Below, in pieces: positions 1 to 14,085 of a stretch of 64,000 bases of DNA. Location of the stretch: the NCBI GenBank assembly GCA_951406725.2, contig OX597819.1, positions 9,610,001 through 9,674,000 on the forward strand, in the 5' to 3' direction. The stretch comes from Octopus vulgaris (lineage: Eukaryota). The position numbers and the translations under genes are program-made. Position 1 is the stretch's first letter; every line of letters starts with the position of its first letter. A model generated the notes under the pieces. It had not been told where the DNA came from and did no database searches. It was given only the letters and a program-made list of their open reading frames with translations.

Positions 1-97
1 TTAGGAAGAAAATGGAAACAAATTTGAAATAAAAGTATAAAACTTGAACAAAGCGGTGTATCTAATCACGCACACAAACACACACACACACACATAT

Positions 98-500
98 CTC
101 TTTTACTCTTTTACTTGTTTCAGTCATTTGACTGCGGCCATGTTGGGGCAGCGCTTTTAATCGAGCAAATCGACCCCCCCAGGACTTATTCTTTTGTAAG
201 CCCAGTACTTATTCTATCGGTCTCTTTTGCCGAACCGCTAAGTGACGGGGGACGTAAACACACCAGCATCGGTTGTCAAGCAATGCTAGAGGAACAAACA
301 CAGACACACAAACACACACACACACATACATATATATATATACATATATACGACAGGCTTCTTTCAGTTTCCGTCTACCAAATCCACTCACAAGGCATTG
401 GTTGGCCCGGGGCTATAGCAGAAGACACTTGCCCAAGATGCCACGCGGTGGGACTGAACCCGGTTAGCAAGCTACTTACCACACAGCCACTCCCGCGCCT
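98..500 (-). mobile_element. tRNA-derived SINE family A, full length
   Basis: Minus strand starts ggcgcgggagtggctgtgtggtaag (tRNA-like A box). It has a central (CA)/(TA) tract and a 3' tail catggccgcagtcaaatgactgaaacaagtaaaagag. About 20 related copies in the window. Confidence 0.85.
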
Positions 501-770
501 ATATATATATATATACATACACTTATATTCATATAAATGCAATTACATATATGCGTTTATGTGCATTTATATATATACATATATATATTCTTTAACATGT
601 ATATATACCTAATGTCTGTCACACTTCAACATGGCTGCTCCGTATGGAACGACGTTACTACTATTTTTAACCCTAGGAGAACATCTCCAGCTGGTTATGC
701 TGTGTATATATGTATGTGTATTTGCATATAAATATATCTCCATGTATCTATGTACATACATAGATACTTG

Positions 771-807
<37 letters not shown>

Positions 808-809
<2 letters not shown>

Positions 810-963
810 AGAATGGCGATTTGACGTCTATATCTAGCATGTTGACTGTCCACTTTTCGTGTTTAGTCCTTAATTGGTATATATAAATATTTTAATCTTC
901 GGATTCTTTTTTAATATGCTAGACCACTGGTCTTCATTGATAAATATCAATTTCTACCCTTAA

Positions 964-965
<2 letters not shown>
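808..965. mobile_element. Short (TA)n-embedded element, related to 14530-14720
   Basis: Flanked by (TA)n on both sides. Shares tttaatatgctagaccactgg and tcaatt..t.accct motifs with the reverse complement of 14530-14720. Confidence 0.5.
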
Positions 966-1024
<59 letters not shown>

Positions 1025-1044
1025 CATACATATATATACACATA

Positions 1045-1200
1045 CACGACGCGCTTCTTTTCAGTTTCTATCCACCGAATCCATTCACAAAGCTTTGATC
1101 GGACGGAGGCTATTGTAGAAGACCCTTGCCTAAGGTGCCACGCAGCGGGACTGAACTCAAAACCATGTGGTTGGGAAGTAAGCTTCTTAACACACATTCA
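1045..1200 (-). mobile_element. SINE family A, 5' half
   Basis: Matches the head region of other family A copies. Confidence 0.75.
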
Positions 1201-1266
1201 CGCATGCATATGTGTGTGTATGTGTGCGTGTGCGTGTATATATATATATGTAGATATATATATCTC

Positions 1267-1302
<36 letters not shown>

Positions 1303-1487
1303 TGTATGTATGTATGTATGTATGTATGTATGTATGTATATAAAGGAAATAGAGAAATACAATTGACAAACTAAAAATTTATTTGCATTATATTATAATA
1401 TACTATAAAAAGATATAATATAATATAGAATGACAAATTAAAAAAATATATATATATACAGCGAACAATTTGTTTCTACTCATATAC

Positions 1488-1695
1488 ACTCTTTTACTTG
1501 TTTCAGTCATTTGACTGCGGCCATGCTTTAGTCGAGCAAATCGACACGATGACTTATTCTTTGTAAGCCTAGTACTTATTCTATCGGGCTCTTTTGCTGA
1601 ACCGCTAAGTTACGGGGACGTAAACACACCACTATCGGTTGTCAAGCGATGTTGGGAGGACAAACACAGACACACAAACATATACACACACATAA

Positions 1696-1727
<32 letters not shown>

Positions 1728-1770
1728 CCATATATATATATATCTCCATATATATATATATATATATCTC

Positions 1771-1825
<55 letters not shown>

Positions 1826-1989
1826 GACAGGCTTCTTTCAGTTTCTGTCTACCAAATCCACTCGCAAGGCTTTGGTCGGCCCGAGGCTATAGTAGAAGAC
1901 ACTAGCCAAAGGCGCCACGCAGTGGGAATGAACCCGGAACCATGTGGTTGGGAAGCAAGCTACGTACCACACACCCACTCCTGCGCCTA
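1488..1989 (-). mobile_element. SINE family A, full length with expanded internal (TA)n
   Basis: Head at 1989, tail at 1488, similar to 98-500. Confidence 0.85.
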
Positions 1990-2197
1990 TGAATTTATAT
2001 GTATTTATATATGTTTTAATAAAAAATTCACATCTATGTAGACAAGCCTCCTCAGGGCCTTTGTTCAAAAAAACAGACGAAATTCCATGTAATTACTTCT
2101 AAATTACCAAATAGACTGATCCAAGAATACCTGTGTTTAGAAGCGTGAGCGTTAATAATTCAAATACATAATAAATACTATAAATAGAACAACAAAA

Positions 2198-2350
2198 TTC
2201 CCCGTCGCTTGCGGTTCGGCAAACAAGACCGATATAATAAGTACTAGGCTAACAAAGAATAAGTGCTGGAATCGATTTCTTCGACTAAAACCCTTTAAGG
2301 CGGTGCTCCAGCATGGCCGCAGTCAGGTGACTGAAACAAGTAAAAAAGAA
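2198..2350 (+). mobile_element. SINE family A, 3' fragment
   Basis: gcggttcggcaaa...aaggcggtgctccagcatggccgcagtc...actgaaacaagtaaaa. Confidence 0.7.
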
Positions 2351-2629
2351 TAAAATTATGTTATAGTGTTTGCTTTTATGTCAAAAGATTAAAAAAAACA
2401 TTAAACTGAAGAATTATTCAATATGTTTTAGTTGGGCACTTTTACAAGAGGGCTCAAACATAAATCGGAAGCCTAATTTCCGGCAGATCTAAGCAATTTC
2501 CAGCCTGAATCAACAGATATGCGTGAGCGTGTGAGCGTAGGAGCGTGGGTGTCTGCACGCGCACGTGTTAAATGATAGTGACCGAGGTCGACATGAAATA
2601 ATACTCCACCAATAATCCTGGACTGACCA

Positions 2630-2687
2630 TGATGATGATGATGATGATAATAATAATGATAATAATAATAATAAAAATGATAATAAA

Positions 2688-2761
<74 letters not shown>

Positions 2762-2770
2762 TAATAATAA

Positions 2771-2837
<67 letters not shown>

Positions 2838-2846
2838 TCCACCATG

Positions 2847-2884
<38 letters not shown>

Positions 2885-2885
2885 T
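2630..2885. repeat. (TGA)n/(TAA)n microsatellite
   Basis: Direct reading of the sequence. Confidence 0.95.
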
Positions 2886-2913
2886 CCACCACATAGAAAA
2901 GATGTTGGCAATA

Positions 2914-3299
2914 TCTTTACATATAAAAGTGAGGTTGTGTGCTGTCTGTCTCCTACGATTTAGATTCCTAACTACTCCCACATTTTGCGGTGCAGTTTAA
3001 CCAAAACCGGGTATCTTATAGTCGTGATTCATATCGAGCCCTTCTGGGTATTAGCGCGAGTCTACGATGAGTCTACGATTTAAAAAAAATTACAATCAAC
3101 TTTTCCCATTTTTAATGCATTTTTGGCATATATAAGGGAAGTAACTCTCTAAAAATTTATTATTAAATCTCAGAACGTAAAAAGCTACAGTAACACCCCC
3201 CTCCTTTGTGGTTAGCCATATTGAGATGGCTATTATACTTTACATCTCTAAAAATGCTTATATAGTTATTTCCCTTACAAACCCGAGCGATACTGCTAG
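2914..3299 (+). mobile_element. Non-autonomous Helitron
   Basis: 5' TC after A, 3' CTAG before T, ctgtctgtct tract near the 5' end, no TSD. The subterminal hairpin is partly deleted relative to the copy at 4856-5250, which is nearly identical in inverted orientation. Confidence 0.8.
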
Positions 3300-3740
3300 T
3301 CATTAATAAACGTCGTTATAGAAGAGGAATTGACACACATTTTTTACATTTTACTGACCTGTTGTCCTAGAAGAAGGATGAGTACTCTTATGGTATGCAC
3401 AAGTCTGCAGAAACAATTATTTTTCTGAAACAATCTCGCGAGTATAGTTTCCTACATTAAGGAGAGGCTGACTGAGAGGAAACGATGATAAGATAAAACT
3501 TGTAAAAGGACATAATTTTGACAATGATGCTGGTGGCGGTCAACAGGTTTACGAAACAAGGGATTATATAGGATGAGATATATGCAGTTTACAGGCATAG
3601 ATATGTTTGTATGTAGGTGTGTCTATATCTATCTATCACTTTCTCGCTTCCCCTCTTTCTCTCCCTCCCCCTCTCTCTCTCTCACTCTCTCTCTCTCTCT
3701 CTCTTTCGCTAAGCACACACACACACACATATATATATAT

Positions 3741-3972
3741 ATTTCTTTACTACCCACAAGGGTTTAAACATAGAGGGGACAAACAAGGACAGACAAACAG
3801 ATTAAGTCGATTACATCGACCCTAGTGCATAACTGGTCCTTAATTTATCGACCCCGAAAGGATGAAAGGCAAAGTCGACCTTGGTGGAATTTGAACTCAG
3901 AACGTTGCGGCAGACGAAATACTGCTAAGCATTTCGCCCGGAGTGCCAACGATTCTGCCAGCTCACCGCCTT
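3741..3972 (-). mobile_element. tRNA-derived SINE family C
   Basis: Head ggcggtgagctggcagaatcg, B-box-like gagttcaaattcc, tail ttgtcccctctatgtttaaacccttgtgggtagtaaagaaat. Confidence 0.85.
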
Positions 3973-3983
3973 GTATATATATA

Positions 3984-4023
<40 letters not shown>

Positions 4024-4254
4024 TAAGATTCAGTTGAATTAAGTACTTAAATTTAGGCACCAAGCCAGTACGGAATAGTCCGCGCAGCTCAAAGTTAGCT
4101 GAACAAAAAGCAAAACAGTAGCAAGGATGTCCAGGTATCAGCGCATTACAACCGTTTCGAGCGGCTCCATTTAATCGATCAATGAAAACATTACATCAAT
4201 TTGAAAGAAACCGTTCTCCTCAGACGCAGCAGATGGCCATATAGATTTCCAACA

Positions 4255-4634
4255 GGAGGCGCAATGGCCCAGTGGTTAGGGCAGCGAACTCGTGGTCATA
4301 GGATCGCGGTTTCGATTCCCAGACCGGGCGTTGTGAGTGTTTATTGAGCGAAAACACCTAAAGCTCCACGAGGCTCCGGCAGGGATGGTGGTGATCCCTT
4401 CTGTACTCTTTCACCACAACTTTCTCTCACTTTTCTTCCTGTTTCTGTTGTACCTGTATTTCAAAGGGCCGGCCTTGTCACTCTCTGTGTCACGCTAAAT
4501 ATCCCCGAGAACTACGTTAAGGGTACACGTGTCGGTGGAGTGCTCAGCCACTTACACGTTAATTTCACGAGCAGGCTGTTCCGTTGATTCGGATCAACCG
4601 GAGCCCTCGTCGTCGTAACCGACGGAGTGCTTCC
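4255..4634 (+). mobile_element. tRNA-derived SINE family B with 12-bp TSD
   Basis: Head ggaggcgcaatggcccagtggttagg (A box) and ggtttcgattccc (B box). TSD agatttccaaca at 4243-4254 and 4635-4646. Confidence 0.9.
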
Positions 4635-4717
4635 AGATTTCCAACATAAAGGATTAACCATTTTTAGCAAAATTTAGAAACCAAAATAATTACAATGTTT
4701 CCTTATGTTATATTTAT

Positions 4718-5392
4718 GACAGAATGAATTTAGAGGAGAATGTATATCTTACTAAGCCTATTATGATTTAGACAGTAGCAGAGGAAAATAGTGGGGGTTT
4801 AGATATAGGAATGGCAAGATAATTACTTATATATTTTTTTATTTTATTTATAAGACTAGTAGTATCGCCCGGCGTTGTTCGGGTTTGTAAGGGAAATAAC
4901 TATATAAGCATTTTTAGAGATGTAAAGTATAATAGCCATCTCAATATGGTTAACCACAAAGGTGGGGTGTTACTGTAGCTTTTTACGTTCTGAGATTTAA
5001 TAATAAATTTTTAGAGAGTTACTTCCCTTATATATGCCAAAAATGCATTAAAAATGGGAAAAATTTATGGTAATTTTTTTTTTAATCGTAGACTCATCGT
5101 AGACGCGCGCTAATACCCAGAAGGGCTCGATATGAATCACGACTATAAGATACCCGGTTTTGGTTAAACTGCACCGCAAAATGTGGGAGTAGTTAGGAAT
5201 CTAAATCGTAGGAGACAGACAGTACACAACCTCTCTTTTATATATGAAGATTTGTAACAGAATGAATTTAGAGAAAAATGTATATCTTACTAAGCCTATT
5301 ATAATTTGACAGTAGCAGAGGAAAATAGTGGGGGTCAAGGTATAGGAGTGACGAGATAATTACTTATATATTTTTTTATTTTATTTATAAGA
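4718..5392. repeat. Diverged ~140-bp tandem duplication split by a Helitron
   Basis: 4718-4855 and 5257-5392 both read acagaatgaatttagag...ttttatttataaga. Confidence 0.85.
4856..5250 (-). mobile_element. Non-autonomous Helitron
   Basis: Minus strand reads TC...cccgaacaacgccggg hairpin...CTAG, inserted at an A|T site. Sister of 2914-3299. Confidence 0.85.
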
Positions 5393-6293
5393 TTTTATGC
5401 AGCATATAATCTACAACTATTTAGTATTAAATACATTGGGAGTTTTCAGCTACGTTCAAGTTGATGGTGATAAATTAATTTATGTCAGACAACCTCCCAG
5501 ACCCTTATTTTACTGGGACCATAGCTTTATCTACGCAAAAGGATATTCTCTGAGTTGCTAGTGAGGGAATGACTGATGGAGAAGAGGTGATAAATTGAAG
5601 AAGGAAGGAGACGGGTGGCTAGTACTTAATTAGATTATCAAATAAAAGGGGAATATAGTAAAAAACAAAAGAGGTGGAAATAATCTCTAAGGGTGCGAAT
5701 TAGAATTGAGGAATACGAGATGCATCATAATTTAGCAAATTTATTATATTAAATTTAGAAAAGATTTTTAGATCAATATAAAGGAAAAGGATAGAAATTA
5801 AACCTAATAATGGGGTACTTTAATATATTTGAGAAAGTTCATAAGCACATCATTAAGGTGGTCATGATAAAACTATTCCAAGTGAATTTATCAATGATTT
5901 AAATTTATCAATAGTATATAAAAGTTTTATCTGAGTAGGAGTACTTAGTATATATTAAATAAAATCAAGGATTATTATACTCATTACAGGTGAATAAGTA
6001 TAAGATATCTAAAATATGGAATCGATTGTAAAGGGTATGTAAATTAGAGGTATACTAAATGTATGATAGAGTACAAGCGGAAGTAATAGCTAAACCAATA
6101 TGGGCATGTAACTATTTATTGAATATTACATGATTGAAAACTAAAAAAATGTAATAAGTATTTCTATATCGGGTAAACTTATATTAAAGTTCTTGAAAAA
6201 AAATTATTTATAAATTACAAGTATTGTGAAAAAATTATAAAAGCATATAAGAAAGTATAAAAACACCACACACACATACATACATATATATAA

Positions 6294-6370
<77 letters not shown>

Positions 6371-6793
6371 AAGCTTATGAAACATAAAGTGTAATTATAA
6401 ATAGAAATATAATATTGTATTATACTATACAGTGAGTTTTATGAAAAGAGATGTTAAACCCCTCTGCAATCTGTAGAAGATACACGAGTATATAGGACGG
6501 TATATATATAAAAATTGAATAATATAAGGTATAAGAAATAAAAAATAAAAATAAAAGATAAATTATTTTTAGATAAAAATTTTTATGAAGAATTTATAAA
6601 ATAAAATAAAATAAAATATTTCATTGCGAATGATATAAAAGGTATAACAGAGATAAAAAATAAGGATGAGTCCAGGTATGCATAACGAATGCTAATTAAA
6701 GAATAAATAAAGATAAAAGTATCTTTGGAAATGGGTTTATAGAATATTTGTAAAATATACCAGAGACACAGTAATCCGTTGCAAATTTATAAA

Positions 6794-6980
6794 TCTGTTC
6801 ATATATAAACGCAAGTTATCTGTTTGGATGTCTGTTTGTGTCAAGTTGCCGTCAGCACCCGTTAACGAACTTTCGTGAAACTTTGCAAAAATGTTCAAGT
6901 AACATCCAGTTTGTTACTAGGTTCATTGAAATTTAATACAAATCTGTAATTGGATGGCTAGGGCCCCTAGAAGGGATCCA
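6794..6980 (+). mobile_element. Possible decayed Helitron 5' end
   Basis: a|tctgttcatatataaacg...gtctgtttgtgtc...ttcgtgaaactttg resembles Lep1-type Helitron starts. No 3' end found. Confidence 0.3.
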
Positions 6981-7025
6981 CATATATAGCGAATATATTT
7001 TCCTTTAACATTCCAAGGGAAATAA

Positions 7026-7060
7026 GTGTCACTTTGATGGCATGCACTGCTCTCTCACTC

Positions 7061-7113
<53 letters not shown>

Positions 7114-7135
7114 CAACAACAACAACAACAACAAG
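7026..7135 (+). mobile_element. 3' tip of the ~540-bp (TAA)n-associated element, followed by (AAT)n(AAC)n
   Basis: gtgtcactttgatggcatgcactgctctctcactc is the reverse complement of the start of 62100-62608. Confidence 0.75.
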
Positions 7136-7139
7136 AACA

Positions 7140-7588
7140 TCGAAAAATACTTTAGGAATGGGAACCCAGGTTCGAAATTTCCCCAAGACGCCTGATGAAG
7201 GCTGGAGGGTATATCAGCCGAAACGTTGTGTTAACAACAAACAAGATGAGAACAAATATCTGCCAATTGTAAATGATGTTAAATAAAAACAGGACAGTGG
7301 AGACATGAAAGGAAACCGAACGAAAACATACATGAAGGGCCGCTAGACTAGAACGAAGGTAAAATAGCGAACGCTGGAGAAATATTTTCTTTGACAAGAG
7401 AAAAGATAGTAGATAGAGGTAGATAGAATACTTTGACCCTCCATAAGTCCGAAATTTTATTTTTGTATTTGTGAGAGCAACTGCCTTCGAATACACAATG
7501 TTGTTCAATGCTCAAAATGAGAAGTAGAAAGGCAGCCGACAACTGATAAAGGGTCGCTCTCCCTTTCACCGTTTTCTATATGTCTGTT

Positions 7589-7621
<33 letters not shown>

Positions 7622-8100
7622 CCCTCTTTCTCCTTTACCCTCTCTCTCTCTCTCTCTCTCGTTGCTCACATGTGACCATCGTTCATCTTTCTTTTCCTCA
7701 CGTGACCATCTTTCTTTTAGGGCTGTCCTAGAGGCTGGACTATCTTATCTCTTTTGCTCTTCTATCCTTTCTCTTGTCAAAGAAAATACTTCTCTAGCGT
7801 TCACTATTTTACCCTCGTTCTAGTCTATAACGACTCTCCATATTTGTTTTCGTTTGGTTTCCTCGTATGTCTCCTCGGTGCTGTTTTTGTTCCCAACTTT
7901 GACCCTCCATAAATTCCAAATTTTATTTTGGTATTTGTGGGGAAAACTGCCTTCGAAGACTCATATTGTCATCCAATGCTTGAAATGAGGAGTAGATAGG
8001 CAGCCGACAGCTCACGAAGGGTCGTTCTTTATGTTACTTGTCCTGTTTTCCATTTGTTCCTCTCGTTGTTTGCGTATTCAACTCATTTGTTTTCGTATTT
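7140..8100. mobile_element. Penelope-like element pLTR-type remnant with direct and inverted repeats
   Basis: 7285-7427 is inverted at 7740-7890, and 7430-7563 is directly repeated at 7897-8028. An HHR lies immediately upstream. This partial direct-plus-inverted layout is typical of PLEs. Confidence 0.6.
7187..7232 (+). ncRNA. Minimal type I hammerhead ribozyme candidate (canonical core)
   Basis: gacgc CTGATGA A ggctg-gagggtatat-cagcc GAA ACGT T gtgtt. Helix I is 5 bp with 2 G-U, helix II is 5 bp, helix III is the palindrome ACGT. Confidence 0.7.
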
Positions 8101-8326
8101 AAAGTTGTTAACTGTTTGTGATATAACGCTTGTGTGTGTTGAAAATGTAACTTTCCCAAATAAAGTGCATTTCATATTCAAGTCAGCCATGAAGCTACAG
8201 GATGTTGTCCTGGTACGCAACTAATAGTCCACCACATCTTATAGCAGAAACAGCTGTAAGCTAATGAAGTTCATTACATAACATTTTGGTTTTTGGGATG
8301 TCATCTTTTATTTCATCTTTTTATAT

Positions 8327-8376
<50 letters not shown>

Positions 8377-8403
8377 CCATGTTGATTCGCTAGCTTCTGC
8401 ACG

Positions 8404-8582
8404 CATTTTTTTCTCTCCTTGTTTCTCTCCGTGTTTCTTTTCTGTGTATCTTTCTGTTGAAGAGCGTAGGCTCAAAACGTAAAAGACTTGTTCTATTTCT
8501 ATTCCTGAGCGCCATACTAATACAATTGTTTGTTTGTATTCCACCTGCCTTCGTCTTTTGTTTAATTTCATAAAGCTTCCCG

Positions 8583-8585
<3 letters not shown>
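8404..8585 (+). mobile_element. Short (TA)n-flanked element with HHR-like motif (copy 1)
   Basis: Sister of 38551-38716. Motif at 8449-8486: tcttt CTGTTGA A gagc-gtag-gctc AAA ACGT A aaaga (G12 is A in this copy). Confidence 0.7.
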
Positions 8586-8622
<37 letters not shown>

Positions 8623-9355
8623 CCTTTCTTATTTCTATCGCTCTATAGACGATTATATAAGTTTAAAAGTTGACAACGTAAGTAAATCTCCTTTATTTCG
8701 ACTTTATTTATACCTTATTTTATATACTATCTATTCCTAAATTTTCCTAAAAACTTACCAATACTGTGACTAGATAATTAATTACGACATATAACACTTA
8801 TTTTTATCTACGAATATTAGACCTATTATTTACAATAAATACTTAAATTATAAATTTTATAAACCTGAAATTATTATTGAATACTGTTAAAATTTGTTTT
8901 CTAATAATTTCTTAAGTCGAAAGGATAATTGTGACGATTAAGTAAAAACTAAATTTGTATTTGAAAATTCTTTCACTTCCTTAATCGGATTCCTCATCGT
9001 AAATATAAATACAGCCTGACCAGCTAATATAATTCATTTACGAAGTTTTAAATAGAAATTCATAGAGAGAATGTCAGTTTCTTAATATTACATATATTAG
9101 CACCCAATTATATATCTTTTTAGTCTTGCTAAAAATAGAAATGACTCCAAGAACGAACATTAATACAATATAGTTACTAAGAGTAAATCTATGTACTTCC
9201 AACGTCTTTTTTAGTTTTTATACCAGCTACCGACGAATACAAATTTGACTATTCTGATTTTCTATTATGAATATCTGAGTCTTTTTATATGAAACAAGTT
9301 GTATAGCATCATGAAAAATAAAATATATATGTATGTATGTATTGTATGTATTACG

Positions 9356-9396
<41 letters not shown>

Positions 9397-9797
9397 TCGT
9401 GTGTGTACATGTATGTATGTGTGAGTGTGTGTATGTATATATACATATATACATATATCATCCTATATTTTCAGACTCTCCGATGGATATGTTTCACTGA
9501 CCACTATTGCACGTAACCTTCAGGCATGACCAAACAGTACGCATTTATATAATTGTTTACGAGTTGAAACTGTAGAAATTCTGCGGAGTACATAAGGTAA
9601 ATAAATTCCCTATAAAATATAAATACAATGTCTTTTATATTTACAAAATATCAATCTTTGTACGCGTGAATGTAGTATTATTTTTAACATATTTCAGATC
9701 AAAAAAATTTGGAGCCCCTTATTTTCTTTTCCAAATATTTCTAATTTTACAAAAGTTTTAATAATATCATTTTAAAATTTATCCTTTATTTCTTATC

Positions 9798-11116
<1,319 letters not shown>

Positions 11117-11236
11117 AAATTTTGGTGCAAGAACTATTGACAATGTTGTAGTGATATTACTGTGAATGTAACATACGTACATTTCTGAAAATGTAATTGT
11201 ACTAAACACGCACACGAACACATGCATTCGCTCTCG

Positions 11237-11519
<283 letters not shown>

Positions 11520-11769
11520 TATATTTTTTTTATGTAAGCAGTACTTCGATCGTAGGATTTGAGGTTTAACCCGGTTGTCTTTTTCTCTTCCCCATTGTGA
11601 ACTGTATGGGTGGCCTTATTGAGTTCACATGATCCAACAGCACTTGGACATCTTCCTGGTAGGGCCATTACATGCATCATTGCGTTTACCATTAACATCC
11701 TCCCAGTAATTATATTAAACACCACCGCCTCCACCGCTGCTACAGATACTATCACAAGCGCAACACCGA

Positions 11770-11875
11770 CACCACTGCTACTGCTACCACTCCTACTGCT
11801 GCTGCTGCTGCTAATGATGATGATGATGAGGAGGAGGAGGAGGAGGAGGAGGAGAGGAGGAGGAGGAGAAGGAGA

Positions 11876-11928
<53 letters not shown>

Positions 11929-11947
11929 ACTAATGATGATGATGCTA

Positions 11948-11979
<32 letters not shown>

Positions 11980-11980
11980 A

Positions 11981-12045
<65 letters not shown>
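11770..12045. repeat. Compound (CTG)(GAT)(GAG)(GAT)n microsatellite
   Basis: Direct reading. Confidence 0.9.
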
Positions 12046-12175
12046 CCTTTTTACTATAGGCACAATGCCTGAAATTTGGGGGGAAGAGGACTAGTCGATT
12101 GCATCGACCTTAAATGTTTTGCTGGTTCTTAATTTATCAACCTCGAAACGATGAAAGGCAAAGTCAACTTGTAGA

Positions 12176-12612
12176 CTAATAGACGCAAGTGCTCCCACTG
12201 ATAAAAATATATCTGTAAAGAAATTTGCCAGATTAAGTAAAAATATAAGGACCTGGAAATTGAAATACAAAAGGAGTGGCATCTTAAAGTGAGAACTGTT
12301 CCTGTTATTGTGGGTGCCCTTGGTATGATAAGAAAGGGATGTCAGAAACATCTAGATAATATCCCAGGAGAACCATGTCTCAGAGAAATCCAGAATATTG
12401 TGATGACAAGTACTGCCCACATCCTTAGAAAAACTCTATCAGTTTAAATGCCTGTGTTGTATTACATGAAGATATTTCGCTACTAACCCTGCCACTACCC
12501 CTCCCCAAGCCTTCAGCAATACTGTAACATCGTTTATCCTTCACTTGTCTAAGGACGCTGGTCGTATCTCAGCAAGTGATTGTAACAAACATGCATATTA
12601 AAAGTAAATAAT
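12176..12612 (+). mobile_element. R4/Dong-type LINE 3' end (RLE C-terminus and 3' UTR)
   Basis: Translates to KYKDLEIEIQKEWHLKVRTVPVIVGALGMIRKGCQKHLDNIPGEPCLREIQNIVMTSTAHILRKTLSV* and ends in (TAA)n. Confidence 0.8.
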
Positions 12613-12640
12613 AATAATAATTACCATTATTATTATTATG

Positions 12641-12705
<65 letters not shown>

Positions 12706-13244
12706 CGAGTGAGAGAGCAGTTCATGCCATCAAAGTGACACTGGGGTAAAATATACGAAGCCTAATATACCCATCATGACTACTCGTCTGATAAGGGTAC
12801 ACCAGGCACATGCATCACAACCATATGTGCGCGACATGGTGATCCCATATCAAGATAAACAGCACATGACCTTGCAGGTGGGGCCCAGTTAGAATTTTTT
12901 TCAGGTTGAGTAACCCATCCCACTCGAAAGGTCCCTGAACAAGGGTTGTTTAAGTATGTTGAACGAAACACCCATGTTTCCAGAGGTGAATTATTCAAAC
13001 CCCAAAGAATCCCTCTCAACAATGGCTATGATGCTCCCCCACTACTTCTGCTCGTGATCAGAGATGCACATATCGTCAGCCACTAAGGGACATGCTCAAC
13101 TGGTTACGGTCAAACAACTGACAAGCAAATCTGTGGTATTGAGCAGAATATTTGCTGTAGCCCATCTTTTATACCAAGACAAAACAATGTACATGATAAC
13201 ACTTCCAATCAGTTAAGATCAGAAGCCATGAGAGCCACTGCCTG

Positions 13245-13246
<2 letters not shown>
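12706..13246 (-). mobile_element. ~540-bp non-coding element embedded in (TTA)n
   Basis: Close sister at 62100-62608 and a tip at 7026-7060. All abut (TAA)n. No informative ORF. Confidence 0.8.
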
Positions 13247-13296
<50 letters not shown>

Positions 13297-13319
13297 TATT
13301 TCTACTATTCTTTTACTTG

Positions 13320-13510
13320 GCACTGAGGCACAAAGCCTGAAACATATGGGGAGAGGTTAATCAATTGCATTAACCTCGGCGCTTAACTGGTGTTTATTTC
13401 ATTGAACTCAAAAGCAAAGTAGACCTCAGTAGAATTTGGACTCACAACGTGAAGTCAGAAGAAATACCACTATGCATTTTGCCTGGCTCACTACCAATTC
13501 TGCCAGCTTC
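13320..13510 (-). mobile_element. Decayed SINE family C
   Basis: aaagcaaagtagacctcagtagaatttggactcacaacg...tgccagct. Confidence 0.6.
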
Positions 13511-13848
13511 CAAATCACAAATGGGAGAGTAGCATAAACAAATCTTCCAGCAGACTAGCTTCGAACAAGTGGGATGAGTGTGGTGATAATGGAGATGAAA
13601 TTGTGCGTCCATGGTAGCGGTGGAGACACAAGCACGTTAAACTGGTCAGTGTGGCTGGATATTGGTTTATAAATGTCTGTGTGCGGATGTACATATATAG
13701 CTAGAGACAGACAAGTAGGCAGCCAGACGGCTAGGCAGGCAGGTAGGTAGGCAGACATACAGACAGACTGGCAGGTAGGCACGCATGCAGGTAGGCACAT
13801 ATGCAGGTAGGCACACATGCAGGTAGGCAGACAAGCTGGCAGACAGAC

Positions 13849-13930
<82 letters not shown>

Positions 13931-13964
13931 GTAAATAGATGGATAAATAGATGGATGGATATGA

Positions 13965-14014
<50 letters not shown>

Positions 14015-14018
<4 letters not shown>

Positions 14019-14085
14019 CTATTAAGTTAGACATGGCCTGGGCCAATAATGGCCGAAACCTATCAAAGTATCAAAGTATCAAAGA
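14015..14085 (+). mobile_element. Extreme 3' end of CR1-like LINE with (TATCAAAG)n tail
   Basis: Matches the reverse complement of 32298-32330, which is contiguous with CR1 ORF2-end sequence. Confidence 0.6.

Noticed and set aside
115-612. Recurrent 'MFQSFDCGH...' and 'RQASFSFRLPNPLTR' peptides suggesting a gene family
   Set aside because: They are translations of SINE A copies.
4255-4330. tRNA gene
   Set aside because: It is the head of a SINE bounded by a TSD, with no proper acceptor-stem closure or terminator.
4650-6790. Mitochondrial insertion (NUMT)
   Set aside because: The composition is suggestive, but I found no recognisable mitochondrial protein, rRNA or tRNA motif.
13020-13085. 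HHR within the 540-bp element (CTGACGA...GAAG on the minus strand)
   Set aside because: GAAG instead of GAAA, and helices I-III cannot be closed consistently.
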